A stretch of 64,000 nucleotides of DNA, taken from Candidatus Latescibacterota bacterium (GTDB lineage Bacteria; Latescibacterota; UBA2968; UBA8231). Made by a program: the position numbers and the translations under genes. Below, in pieces: positions 48,724-58,024 of this stretch (position 1 is the first letter of the stretch; every line of letters starts with the position of its first letter). The notes below the pieces were generated by a model. It saw only the letters and a program-made list of their open reading frames with translations. It did no database searches and had not been told where the DNA came from. The stretch spans positions 800,001-864,000 of the forward strand of contig CBDCXV010000009.1 in NCBI GenBank assembly GCA_965223905.1, given 5' to 3'.

Positions 48724-48784
48724 CCGGTTTCTTGCCCCCCGCCCGATTGCAGGAGGCTCGTCAGCCCGTCGATTCGGGGACCGA
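48724..48784 (-). ncRNA. type III hammerhead-ribozyme-like RNA (AA-insertion variant), copy 2
   Basis: UCGGUC|CCCG-AAUCGA-CGGG-CUGACGA-GCCUCCUGC-AAUCGG-GCGGGGGGC-AA-GAAA-CCGG. Confidence 0.75.
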
Positions 48785-48830
48785 GCAGCGCCGGTGCCTG
48801 AGAGGGAGACAGGCCCCGGCGCTGAGATGC

Positions 48831-49472
48831 CTACCGGTACTTCAGATAGGCCGGTTTTCCGACCGAAACGGGCGGACCGAGCTTGAGGGGGAAGGATTCG
48901 CCGGCAAACTCCCGGCAGGGCGCGCACAGGCCGTCCGCATCGTCGGTGCCAGCAAGGCGGGTGTCGCAGCGAGGGCAGACCTTGCGCGAGCTGGCAGGGT
49001 CGGCAGCGCCGTCGACGAGGCCGACGGCCGTCAGGCCGGTCAGGTCCTCCAGCAGCGGCACCGCGGCGCGGTAGCGCTCGATCTTCATGGCCATCATCAA
49101 CGCAAGGCACTTGCCCTTTTCGCCGATCAGGTCCAACAGCGCTAGCACGATGGGCGCCTCGCAATCCTCCTCGGCCCATCCCGAGCCATTCAGGAAGCCC
49201 ATGAGCAGGTGAGCCGGCAGACGGTCCTGAACCTCGACGGACAGCCGCAGGCCGCCGTGGGAAGCCGTAGCGACGAGGTCGACGCCATCGGCGAGGGTGT
49301 CCGTGTGCTCGATCAAGCCCCACGGCGAAGACTTCGAGCAGCGGACAGGGTTGGAGAACTCGCTGTGCGAGGATCTTGTCGCCTTCGGCCAGGCCGACGA
49401 GGCAGGACACACCAGCATGTCGGCGCGCTCAATGAGCTTCAGGCCGCAAGTGCAGTGTCCGGGTTTACGCAT
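48831..49472 (-). CDS. DUF7007-like mobile-element protein
   Basis: SPWG.I......ADG...V.TASHGG..LS and W.EEDCE motifs; flanking Cys pairs. Confidence 0.65.
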   Translation of the reverse strand: MRKPGHCTCGLKLIERADMLVCPASSAWPKATRSSHSEFSNPVRCSKSSPWGLIEHTDTLADGVDLVATASHGGLRLSVEVQDRLPAHLLMGFLNGSGWAEEDCEAPIVLALLDLIGEKGKCLALMMAMKIERYRAAVPLLEDLTGLTAVGLVDGAADPASSRKVCPRCDTRLAGTDDADGLCAPCREFAGESFPLKLGPPVSVGKPAYLKYR

Positions 49473-49682
49473 GGTTTCAATCCTTTTCCGGTTGTGAGAC
49501 TCACGATGCCGCAGCGCCGGCATCGCAGGGTGTAGACGTTGGCCGGCACGCTGACCGAAGCCCAATCGCTAACCGTCCCGGCACAGGCAGGACCACACCC
49601 AACCGGGAACAGCGGCCCGCTTGCGCTCCATCGCATCGCGGGAGCGCCGCAGGGTTACGAGGGGTTTGTTGTCCATTCGGGA

Positions 49683-49877
49683 TCAGACCATGAAGTCGAG
49701 GTCGCCGCGAGCGACCGCAGCCATCAGCCGCAGCCGCTCCAAGCGAACGCGAAACACGAAGCGCCGGATGAAGGCATCGTGGCCGTCCGCCGTGTAGCCC
49801 GACAGCGGATAGAGCCGGACTACACGACGGACCGTGATCCCGTAGACCATCCATTCGAGATCGCGGGACACAGGCAT
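49683..49877 (-). CDS. small hypothetical protein
   Basis: TGATG coupling to the upstream ORF. Confidence 0.45.
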   Translation of the reverse strand: MPVSRDLEWMVYGITVRRVVRLYPLSGYTADGHDAFIRRFVFRVRLERLRLMAAVARGDLDFMV

Positions 49878-50332
49878 CAGGCCACCGCCGCCTCGACGAA
49901 GGGTTGAGCATCGATGAAGGCGCGCCTCATGCCTTGCGCCTTGGCCATGCGGAACAGGAAACCCGGATCCAACATCTCGCAGCACTTCGATACTTCGATT
50001 TCACGCCGGAAGGTGTCCGCATCGAGACCGGACAGGGTGTCGTGCATTTCCCTTAAGCACGCCTCGACGCCGACCGCATTTACGGTAGGGTCCATCGAGC
50101 ACACGATGGCCGCCCCGAGGTGCTCGACGAACACGGGAGGGGTCAGCCCCTTCAGGTAGTCGACGAGGTTCCAATCGTCTTGTCGCGATGCAGCCTGCGA
50201 GAGCGTCAGTAGGTCCGAAACCGGCAGGTCCCGAAGGGCCACCGCCTCGCCGTCGTCGAGCACGGCCACGTCCTGCTGCAAGTCGACGGCGCGGAGGTTG
50301 TCATAGGTCAAACCGTTCGTGATCTGAATCAT
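49877..50332 (-). CDS. hypothetical protein
   Basis: RBS GGAGG; 151 aa; near the start of the minus-strand operon. Confidence 0.55.
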   Translation of the reverse strand: MIQITNGLTYDNLRAVDLQQDVAVLDDGEAVALRDLPVSDLLTLSQAASRQDDWNLVDYLKGLTPPVFVEHLGAAIVCSMDPTVNAVGVEACLREMHDTLSGLDADTFRREIEVSKCCEMLDPGFLFRMAKAQGMRRAFIDAQPFVEAAVA

Positions 50333-50530
50333 GGCGCCGCCCTCCATGCCTGAAAGGCCGCATCGAGCGCACCGCCCGTCAGCCGGTTGACGGCGAGCAG
50401 GGCGAACATCACGGCCATGAAAGCCGCGAACACATAGTCCTCCTTGCCCAACCGGAACCGACCCCGAGTGCATCGGTTGGCCATGTCTCTTGTCGTCCTG
50501 TTGGGGTGAGTGAAAGCATCTTGCCCCGGG

Positions 50531-50559
50531 ATAATACGTAACTACCCCACGTAGGGCAA
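50531..50559 (-). promoter_or_regulatory. sigma70-type promoter for the minus-strand operon, embedded in inverted repeats
   Basis: TTGCCC-17 nt-TATTAT; nested TACGT/ACGTA and TTGCCC/GGGCAA inverted repeats. Confidence 0.55.
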
Positions 50560-51148
50560 CTCTTTTTTCGTAAGGGTGCAGGACGTTTCGCGAAACCGGC
50601 CACATAAAGGCTCAGGCGGTTTCGCTGAATAGCGGGGCGGTGCTGGACAATGCAAGCGCCGCCAGGACGTTTCATTAAGTTGCGAATTTAGCCCGGACAG
50701 CGCCGCGTCCGCCCGCCTCGGGACCGCTTGCCCCTGCTGGACCCCGTTCCGGGAGAAAGGAGGAACGCTCGAAGGAGAGCCCGATCACAAGGCCGGGGGC
50801 CTATCCTTGCGCTGCTTTATAGCGCCAGGATAGAGAGAAGGGGGACGCTCTTCCTCAAAGATCGTCCTTGGTACCTGGGCGGTTTTCAGTGCAACAACCA
50901 ACACCCGGGGGGGGGGTGAACAATTGAGACACCCCCGGTCAGGGGGGTATCCTCACGCTGTTTTTTGACCCGTCGCAGAAACGAATCCAACTTATGACAA
51001 TACTATGGCCATTTTGATTATCCCTATACTTCATAAGGAGTTATCAGAGTTTTCAGGATTGGACTCCTTTTCTCGTTTTTGTCACATATTCCATTCGAAC
51101 GTCGATTTGCACCTGGAAATAGGGAAATCCACGAAAAAGGGGTGAACA

Positions 51149-51457
51149 ATGGCTCGAGGACGCCTCTGGACGCCGGAAGAGGACGCACAAATCCGCCGGA
51201 TTGCCGGTTCGGATCCTGGCTACCTGGACCGTGTTGGGCAGCTCGCCGACGAGTTCGGCCGAACCCCCGAGGCCGTGCGCCGACGTGCTCAGCGCATCGG
51301 CGTTCACCGGCAGCAGTCAAACCCCACCCAAGAGAAGACGGCGCCTGTGCCCAGGGCGCCCGCACCTCCGCCTCCGCAGCCTGTTGAGGAGCCGATCGGC
51401 GCCCCTTACCCGGATGGTGAGATCGTCTACTGGAACGAGTTCGATACCATGGTCTGA
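51149..51457 (+). CDS. Myb/SANT-like HTH protein
   Basis: WTPEED....LADEFGRTPEAVRRRA.RIG. Confidence 0.65.
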   Translation: MARGRLWTPEEDAQIRRIAGSDPGYLDRVGQLADEFGRTPEAVRRRAQRIGVHRQQSNPTQEKTAPVPRAPAPPPPQPVEEPIGAPYPDGEIVYWNEFDTMV

Positions 51458-51459
51458 GA

Positions 51460-52050
51460 ATGGCACGCGGTCGCATTTGGACACCCGAAGAAGATGATCG
51501 CCTTCGCGCCCTTGCGAAGGAGAACGCCAAGGGGATTTCGATACGGGGGCACCGCCGCCGGTATCATGGCCGTTTCAGGCAGATCGCCGAAGAGTTGGGG
51601 CGGTCCTACGCGGCCGTGTTGAAGCGCGCCAGTCGTATCGGCGCCGACAGTTACCGTCCACGCCGATCTCCCGAATTGCGGAGATTATTGAAGGGAATAA
51701 GAGCGATGCCGCCGAAGGAGAGAGCGAAACGGCGATGCGGAGGACGCGGCCGGCCCTGGACCGAAGCCGAGGACGAGGAAATACGCCGGGCGGCGCGTTT
51801 CAACGCAACGCAAGGCCCCTTCCTCTTGTGCCTGGACGACGACGGGAAGTATGTGTGGATCAGCCGCTTGAAGGACCTCGCCGATCAGATGAGGCGGACC
51901 CCTGCGGCGGTGCGCAAGCGAGCCAGCCGCCTCGGTGCGAGAAGTCTTCCCCGACACTACGATTCGACCGATCCTACCAGCGTCTGGCGCAGGTCCTCCA
52001 CGTCGTCGAATCGCCCATCAGCGAACGCGGCAAGCAGCGCCCCAGCCTGA
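51460..52050 (+). CDS. protein with two Myb/SANT-like HTH repeats
   Basis: WTPEED...IAEELGRSYAAV.KRA.RIG and WTEAED...LADQM.RTPAAVRKRA.RLG. Confidence 0.65.
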   Translation: MARGRIWTPEEDDRLRALAKENAKGISIRGHRRRYHGRFRQIAEELGRSYAAVLKRASRIGADSYRPRRSPELRRLLKGIRAMPPKERAKRRCGGRGRPWTEAEDEEIRRAARFNATQGPFLLCLDDDGKYVWISRLKDLADQMRRTPAAVRKRASRLGARSLPRHYDSTDPTSVWRRSSTSSNRPSANAASSAPA

Positions 52051-53059
52051 ATCCCCTGGCCCATAGCAACCTGCAAGGCCCACCTGAAAAGGTGCTCGGG
52101 CGTGCACCCTTTTGGCGGGGTTTTAACTTCGCATATTTGTGTTTATCGAAAGTAAAACGGGGTGAATGGCCCGTGGCATCAGTGCACGTTCGTTCAGTTG
52201 GGCAAGGGGAGCGAAGGGGGCGACAAGCGAGATCTGCGGAAGCAACGGAGGGCGACGCCCGCCGCACCGCCCCCCGCTTCAGCTCGGCGCGCGGGACGCC
52301 GCCCGCGCGGGAGGTGCGTCGGCACCAGGCGCGAAGGAACGCGCGAGGGGGGGACCGTCCGGGGGTGCCCAAGCGCCGGAGTCCCGCGCGACCGGTGCGG
52401 ATCTCAGCGAGTCAGCCCCCTCGCTGTGATCGCGGGGTTTGAATTTTTTTCAAAAAAAAAGCGGCGGAAGCCAGCTTTCCGAAAGAGCTTATCCCAGGGT
52501 TAAAGATCTGTTTGGAAAGGGAAGCAAAGTGATCCCACCGAACCGCTCGACGAAAATCGCACGAGAGCTCTGACAAGAAAGCACCGCCTCCTCGTGCGCG
52601 TCCGTGCTTGGTGCCTTTATCCGACTTAGGTCCAAGGTCGGGGACCACTTCCTGCCCTTCGACCCGGACCCTGCTCCTGGTCGCCGATAAGCACCGCGAA
52701 CCGGCTGGACTCGCCATCCAATCAGGACCGCCTGGGTTGAGGGGGTAAGGCCGGCCGAGACGATTCGTGGTCCAGCGTTCAGGCGGTGGGCCTTAGCCAC
52801 GGCCTGTTTCCTGGGTCATCCCCTTGTTCTGGAGGCGTTTCTTCGTCTTGAACCGCCTATCATCGCAGCGACCATTTTCTGGTTGTCTCCTGTTGTCTCC
52901 TAATATTCGTTATGATCCGCTTCCTGTAGAGGGGTCCATCCGTATTCCCAGTCCTCCACATTTGGATCGGCTCCGGCGTTCAGAAGTGCGGCAACGACAG
53001 CCAGGTCGTTTCCCTGTACCGCAAGGTGCAGGAAAGTTTCTCCGGAAAAGGGATTTGGG

Positions 53060-53180
53060 TCGGCCCCCGCATTCAAAAAGCACGGTGACGGCAGCCAAGT
53101 CCCCTCGGTCTACCGCATGGTACAAGGGAGTTTCGCCGGTGTCGTCCGACGCATTAGGATCAGCTCCAGCGGCTAAACCC
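53060..53180 (-). pseudogene. ankyrin-repeat gene fragment
   Basis: LAAGADPNASDDTGETPLYHAVDRGDLAAVTVLF; no credible start; bounds approximate. Confidence 0.65.
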
Positions 53181-53471
53181 GACCGGCAGGGGAGGAAGCT
53201 CGTATGGGCTGCCGCCGCATCCTCTGGTTCCTGGTCAAATGCGCCGAGTAGGGATGGAAACGCCCGACTTGGTATTTTTTTTGAGCGGATTGAGCGGGAC
53301 CTCCCGGAATATCCTGGAAAACTATGGTTCCTAATGAAACCTGACTGCTCGGAAGCTTTATTTTTCCCCTGGTCAGAACCATGTTGACAACTAAACAAAG
53401 ACGCGGTTGCATAGGAGGTGTGAGATGTAAAGCTCAGTTGTTTGTGAACCCGTTCCATTACCCCCCCTTCA

Positions 53472-53660
53472 ATGGAGCAACCTGGAATGCCCCCCAAACC
53501 GTATTCCTTCATCGAGCAGGTCTGGTCCCGTGTCTCCCCGAGGCTTCTCCGGAGAATGCATCAGGCGATAGAAAAAGACGAGTCCGTCGACTCGCTGGCC
53601 GCGTGGGTTCGTTTGGCCATCGTCGAGAAGCTCGAGCGCGACGAACGGTTTCACGTTTGA
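53472..53660 (+). CDS. small putative DNA-binding (RHH-like) protein
   Basis: 62 aa; V.SRVS...SLAAWVRLAIVEKLER; immediately upstream of the primase-like gene. Confidence 0.5.
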   Translation: MEQPGMPPKPYSFIEQVWSRVSPRLLRRMHQAIEKDESVDSLAAWVRLAIVEKLERDERFHV

Positions 53661-53671
53661 GGACTACCCTG

Positions 53672-54901
53672 TTGAGCAGCGCGGACAACATCGACTTCGC
53701 CGCCCTGATGGCGGAGGTGGCCCGCCGCCTGTTGGGAGAACCTACGTCGGTCGACAACGGCGGGAACACCTGGCGGTATCGAGGGAAGGGTTCGCTGGCG
53801 GTTCATGTTGGCGGTGACCGGGCTGGCACCTTCAAGGACTGGGAAAGCGGCGACTCCGGCGGCGTGCTGAAGCTGATCAAAAAACAGAAGGATTGCGACC
53901 GCGCCGCGGCCATGGCCTGGCTGGAACGCGAAGGGCGGATACCGGCCAAGTCAGACCGACGTCGGACCGGAGCACCCCCGTCGAACCGCACCAGAACCGC
54001 TCAGAAGCCCGCCAAGCCTCGATCCACGACCTCCACCTCGACACCTGTCCACAAAGAGGAAGACCCTCAGGCGATTGCCTACGCAGGCCAGCTGTGGGAT
54101 GCCGGGGTCCGGGCCGACGACACCCCCGGACGTGTCTACCTGTCCAGGCGTTGGATCTGGCCCGGCGTCGATTTGGCCGGATCCCCGAATCTGCCCTTCG
54201 AGACCGTGCGCTGGCTGTCCCGCCAGGCCGCGCACCAGGTCCCCGTCCCCCAAACTGAACAACCCTTGAAGCTGCCCGGAGACGCCGACGGAGCCCTGCT
54301 GTTCGCGTTCACCGACGCGGCCGGCAACGTGGTCGCGGTGCAGGTCGAGGCCCTGACCGCGGCTGGGAAACGCACCCGAAAGCGATTACGGCCAAACCGG
54401 GGACGCATGGAGGAGGTCATGCGATTGTCCCCTCGAGGATCCCGCCAGCCCCTGCTTGTCCTGATCGAGGGCCCTGTGGACGCTTTGGCGGCAATCTGGT
54501 TATATCCTGGTGCTGTGGCGTGGTGTTGTGGCGGCCGCCTGAAGCCTCCGGCGGATTTGCCGGACGGCTACGCCGTGCTCATTGAAGCAGACGGCGATGG
54601 TTCCGGACGAACGGCAGCGGCCGAAGTGCGCGATGCTCTGGAGCTCAAGGGCGTACCGGTGAGGGTGAACTGGCGAACCCAGGGAGACTTGGCAGAAGGA
54701 TGGGCTGACACGGTTCGCTACGAGCGTATTGAGCGTGCGGCCCTTCTGGAGATCGACGGAGAGCTGACCCGAGAAGAAGCCGAAGCCGCCGCCGCCGAAG
54801 CCTGGCCGCCAAGCCGGCTATGGGCGCCCTGGATAGCAGGCGAAGGCGTGCCCTTTTTCAACCAAGTGACGTTGAACGTCGAGAAAGGACCTGAAAAATG
54901 A
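53672..54901 (+). CDS. Toprim-domain primase-like protein
   Basis: WRY..KGSLAV....GTF.DWE....GGVL.LI N-domain; VLIEGPVDALA and LIEADGDGSG Toprim motifs; TTG start after GAGGA. Confidence 0.75.
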   Translation: MSSADNIDFAALMAEVARRLLGEPTSVDNGGNTWRYRGKGSLAVHVGGDRAGTFKDWESGDSGGVLKLIKKQKDCDRAAAMAWLEREGRIPAKSDRRRTGAPPSNRTRTAQKPAKPRSTTSTSTPVHKEEDPQAIAYAGQLWDAGVRADDTPGRVYLSRRWIWPGVDLAGSPNLPFETVRWLSRQAAHQVPVPQTEQPLKLPGDADGALLFAFTDAAGNVVAVQVEALTAAGKRTRKRLRPNRGRMEEVMRLSPRGSRQPLLVLIEGPVDALAAIWLYPGAVAWCCGGRLKPPADLPDGYAVLIEADGDGSGRTAAAEVRDALELKGVPVRVNWRTQGDLAEGWADTVRYERIERAALLEIDGELTREEAEAAAAEAWPPSRLWAPWIAGEGVPFFNQVTLNVEKGPEK

Positions 54902-56166
54902 ACGACAATCCGACCACCGCCCAGCCTTGGCGAGCCGTCATACGCGATTTGTTCACTGAGTGGGAAACGCGACGTAATGATGAGCCCAACCCAGCTCTGG
55001 AGATGCTGGAACGCCTGCGCAACTTTTTTGAGCCCTCTGAAGACGTCCCGACTGAACAGGAACCGCCGGCCGCCGAAATCCTGGATGCAGCCCACAAGGC
55101 ATGGAAAGAAAACCCTGACGACCCGGCAGTTCTACACAACCTGCTCGAAAAAAAGAAACCGCAGCTGTTTCAACCCGCGTCCGTATGGAAAGACGCCGTA
55201 GACCCGGCCCCCATACTGTGGCGTGACAACCCGGAGGACCGTTATGCCCACAGCGTAGTGTCAGAGGGGGAAGTCGGCATCCTGAGCAGCGCCGGAGGAA
55301 CCGGCAAATCCTACCTGTCCCTGGCGTGGGCTCAGGCGGCCTGCAAGGCTCATGCGGCGCTTCCCCCGGTAAGCCACGGAGCCGCCTGTGGTCTGCGAGT
55401 AGCTGCCGGCCCGGTGGCCCTGATCAGCTACGAGGATACCCCGGAGCGCATTGCGGTGCGCCTCGGGAACATAGGCTCGATTCCGGACGACCTGTACGTG
55501 TGGCCCGACCCGGCCCCCTTGTGGCACGGAGAAGCCGAGGTAGGCGGCGTAAGCCTCCCGGCTCCACAATGGTCCGACGTGTGGGAACAGATCCGTCAGA
55601 TCGGAGCAAAGCTGCTGATAGTTGACCCGGCATCGGCCGCTCTCGCCGACGTGTCTACGTCAGAAACCGGTCCCGTGCGCGCCTTTCTGCGCGCGATGAC
55701 CTTGGAAGCGAAACGCGCCGGATGCGGTGTCCTGATCGTGGCCCACAATACCAAAGCCGCCCGCATAGCCATAGCGCAAGGCGACCTGGAGACGGGGGCC
55801 GCGGATCCAGTGGCCGGTTCGTCGGTGTGGCATGACGGTGCCCGCGGCGTGCTCGTGTTGACGCGCGATCGGCTATCCAAAACCGATCGCGTATTGGTTC
55901 TTGCCAAGTCGAACTACGGTCGTACTGGCTGGGGGGCCCGGTTGAAGGAACGGTTCCTTGACGAAAACAAACAACATTTTGCCGGCTTGGAACTGGGGAC
56001 CGTCATGGATTCGGATGCAGTAAACGCATGGAGCGAGTCCGTTGCGACGAGCAAGAGAAGAACCAATCAGGAAAAGAAGGAAAAACCAACCTCCAGCCGG
56101 ATTGCCGACTCCGGTTCACAAGACCCAGAAGATTGGACAGTAGAAGAGGATGAACAACAACAGTAA
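54898..56166 (+). CDS. RepA-like SF4/AAA_25 helicase
   Basis: Walker A SAGGTGKS, ISYED, Walker B LLIVDP, VLIVAHNTK, GSS.W.DGAR and KSNYG. Confidence 0.85.
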   Translation: MNDNPTTAQPWRAVIRDLFTEWETRRNDEPNPALEMLERLRNFFEPSEDVPTEQEPPAAEILDAAHKAWKENPDDPAVLHNLLEKKKPQLFQPASVWKDAVDPAPILWRDNPEDRYAHSVVSEGEVGILSSAGGTGKSYLSLAWAQAACKAHAALPPVSHGAACGLRVAAGPVALISYEDTPERIAVRLGNIGSIPDDLYVWPDPAPLWHGEAEVGGVSLPAPQWSDVWEQIRQIGAKLLIVDPASAALADVSTSETGPVRAFLRAMTLEAKRAGCGVLIVAHNTKAARIAIAQGDLETGAADPVAGSSVWHDGARGVLVLTRDRLSKTDRVLVLAKSNYGRTGWGARLKERFLDENKQHFAGLELGTVMDSDAVNAWSESVATSKRRTNQEKKEKPTSSRIADSGSQDPEDWTVEEDEQQQ

Positions 56167-57943
56167 ATGTCGAAAGGAAGAAAACCCTGTCCTCGTAGTC
56201 TGTTCTGCCCTTGCAAACCGGGATCGTCAAGAACGATGGAAAAGGTTGGGGAATTCCAAAACCAAGGCTCTGGCCTTCTGTTTGCAAGGCGTCGAGTTCG
56301 GCGGTAGGCGCTATGTCTCTCCAGAACCCTTTCGCCCTTCGGAATTGCTTGACGTCCCTGCTTTGCCGGGACGATACCGGATCCAGGACGGTTTGTTTCT
56401 ACTATCCGGGACTTGGGGGAAGAAAAACGAGGGAGAGCCCGGAATCATAGGCAGAAAGTCGCCCCCCGAACCCCCCGACCATCAACCGCCAGGGAAACGG
56501 CTAAGCCCGGATCATTTCTCGATTTCTACTCCTGACCCTGACCCTGATCCTTTTTTTGACCCGGACATCGCATGGAAAAGCCTTCGTGCCGCGATGTGGA
56601 ACCTTGTGCGCAGCTATTTACCAGAGGAGATGGTTCCACAAGACTGGCCGCCCAAGAACCGAGACCTCGCCCAATTTCTGTGGAGAGAAGCATCTAGGCG
56701 GAGCCTTGCGCCTGTTTTTGACGAAATGGGCAGACGATGGTGTCCCAATCCATTTCCGATTGCATGGATTATCGACGCCTTAAAACAAACACCGGTAGGA
56801 CCGGGAGTATCAGCCTATGCCGAGGTAGTTGAACAACTACAACCCTCCCCTCCGATAAGAGAGGCGAGCCTGCTTGCAAATAGAGAAAAGCGGAAAACAA
56901 CAGGACCGGGAATCGTCCTAGTTCGATTTCCGGGGGTGATGAGCCTTCTTGACGCCCCCCTGGTGAAAGTAGCTTGTGAAAGTGACCCTGAATTAGTAGC
57001 TACCGCACCTTTTGATCGCCCATTACGGCGTTATCGGGTAGAAATCCCCCTCCAACGGACTCTTTTTCCAGGACCGATGACGCTGGAGGGAAATCCAACG
57101 GAGGGGACATGGATAGATGCTTTAGCAGAATTAGACCTCTTGGACAATCGTTCGCCGATCAGAAGCGACCTCTTCCGGTTTGCCCTCATTGTCTATGCCT
57201 TGCCTGGCCCCGTCACAATTACTGAAGACGTGGGCGCCATTCTGGTAGGTGGACGCGACACGCCATCGAATCGGATCCGCTTTTGGACGCTTTATGAAGT
57301 CATGCGGTACCTGCATGGAAAAGTCGGCCGTCACGGTGGACGGTATGACTTCTTTGATACCGAAGCCGCTGGCAATGTGGCCAGAATTGGCGCGCCGGCT
57401 TGGTGGATCAACCAAACCAATCTGAGACACTACAAGCTGTCAGGTGGACTACTTCGTTTGCCAGATGCCAGAGCAGGGAACCAATGGAAGGGCGGACTCT
57501 TTCGATCCTTGAATGGAATCGAAACCGCATTGCTGTACGGTCCGACCTCAGGCAAAAAGAAGGGAGGGCGAATGTCTCATTACTTTCAGGCCACGACGCC
57601 TGGAGGTCCCGGCCCGGAGGTATTCGTCCGACAATGGCAGGTGCTCCGATTTGCAGGCGAAAATGTGACCGAAAACAGCATAAAGGAAAGCAGCAAAGAT
57701 CGGAATCGATACATGAGACGGTTAGAAGCGATGTACGAGAAAGGCTATGTCTGTACAGATGGGAAACCGGCCCCTGCCGGAGATACCATTGAAATCACAC
57801 GTCAAGTGAAGGGCGGCGGAAATCATCCCAGTGGGTTGTTTGTTCGCGCCTCGGCTCGCGGCTGCGCATTGCACACCCGCAATGGCTCAGAGGAGTTTCG
57901 GTTGCCAGGGTCGCATTTGGTTGAAAAGCTGAAAAACCGCTGA
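56150..57943 (+). CDS. hypothetical protein, candidate replication initiator
   Basis: 597-aa ORF overlapping the helicase; iteron-like array begins at the base after its stop; no recognised motif. Confidence 0.6.
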   Translation: MNNNSKCRKEENPVLVVCSALANRDRQERWKRLGNSKTKALAFCLQGVEFGGRRYVSPEPFRPSELLDVPALPGRYRIQDGLFLLSGTWGKKNEGEPGIIGRKSPPEPPDHQPPGKRLSPDHFSISTPDPDPDPFFDPDIAWKSLRAAMWNLVRSYLPEEMVPQDWPPKNRDLAQFLWREASRRSLAPVFDEMGRRWCPNPFPIAWIIDALKQTPVGPGVSAYAEVVEQLQPSPPIREASLLANREKRKTTGPGIVLVRFPGVMSLLDAPLVKVACESDPELVATAPFDRPLRRYRVEIPLQRTLFPGPMTLEGNPTEGTWIDALAELDLLDNRSPIRSDLFRFALIVYALPGPVTITEDVGAILVGGRDTPSNRIRFWTLYEVMRYLHGKVGRHGGRYDFFDTEAAGNVARIGAPAWWINQTNLRHYKLSGGLLRLPDARAGNQWKGGLFRSLNGIETALLYGPTSGKKKGGRMSHYFQATTPGGPGPEVFVRQWQVLRFAGENVTENSIKESSKDRNRYMRRLEAMYEKGYVCTDGKPAPAGDTIEITRQVKGGGNHPSGLFVRASARGCALHTRNGSEEFRLPGSHLVEKLKNR

Positions 57944-58024
57944 GACCGTGACGCAGAACCCCTTGGACCGTGACGCAGAACCCCTTGGACCGTGACGCAG
58001 AACCCCTTGGACCGTGACGCAGAA
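57944..58024 (+). repeat. 22-bp tandem repeat x3.7 (iteron-like, putative oriV)
   Basis: GACCGTGACGCAGAACCCCTTG at 57944, 57966 and 57988, plus a 15-bp partial copy at 58010. Confidence 0.92.

Noticed and set aside
57944-58024. CRISPR array
   Set aside because: The repeats are head-to-tail with no spacers and no cas genes are present; position and 22-bp period fit iterons
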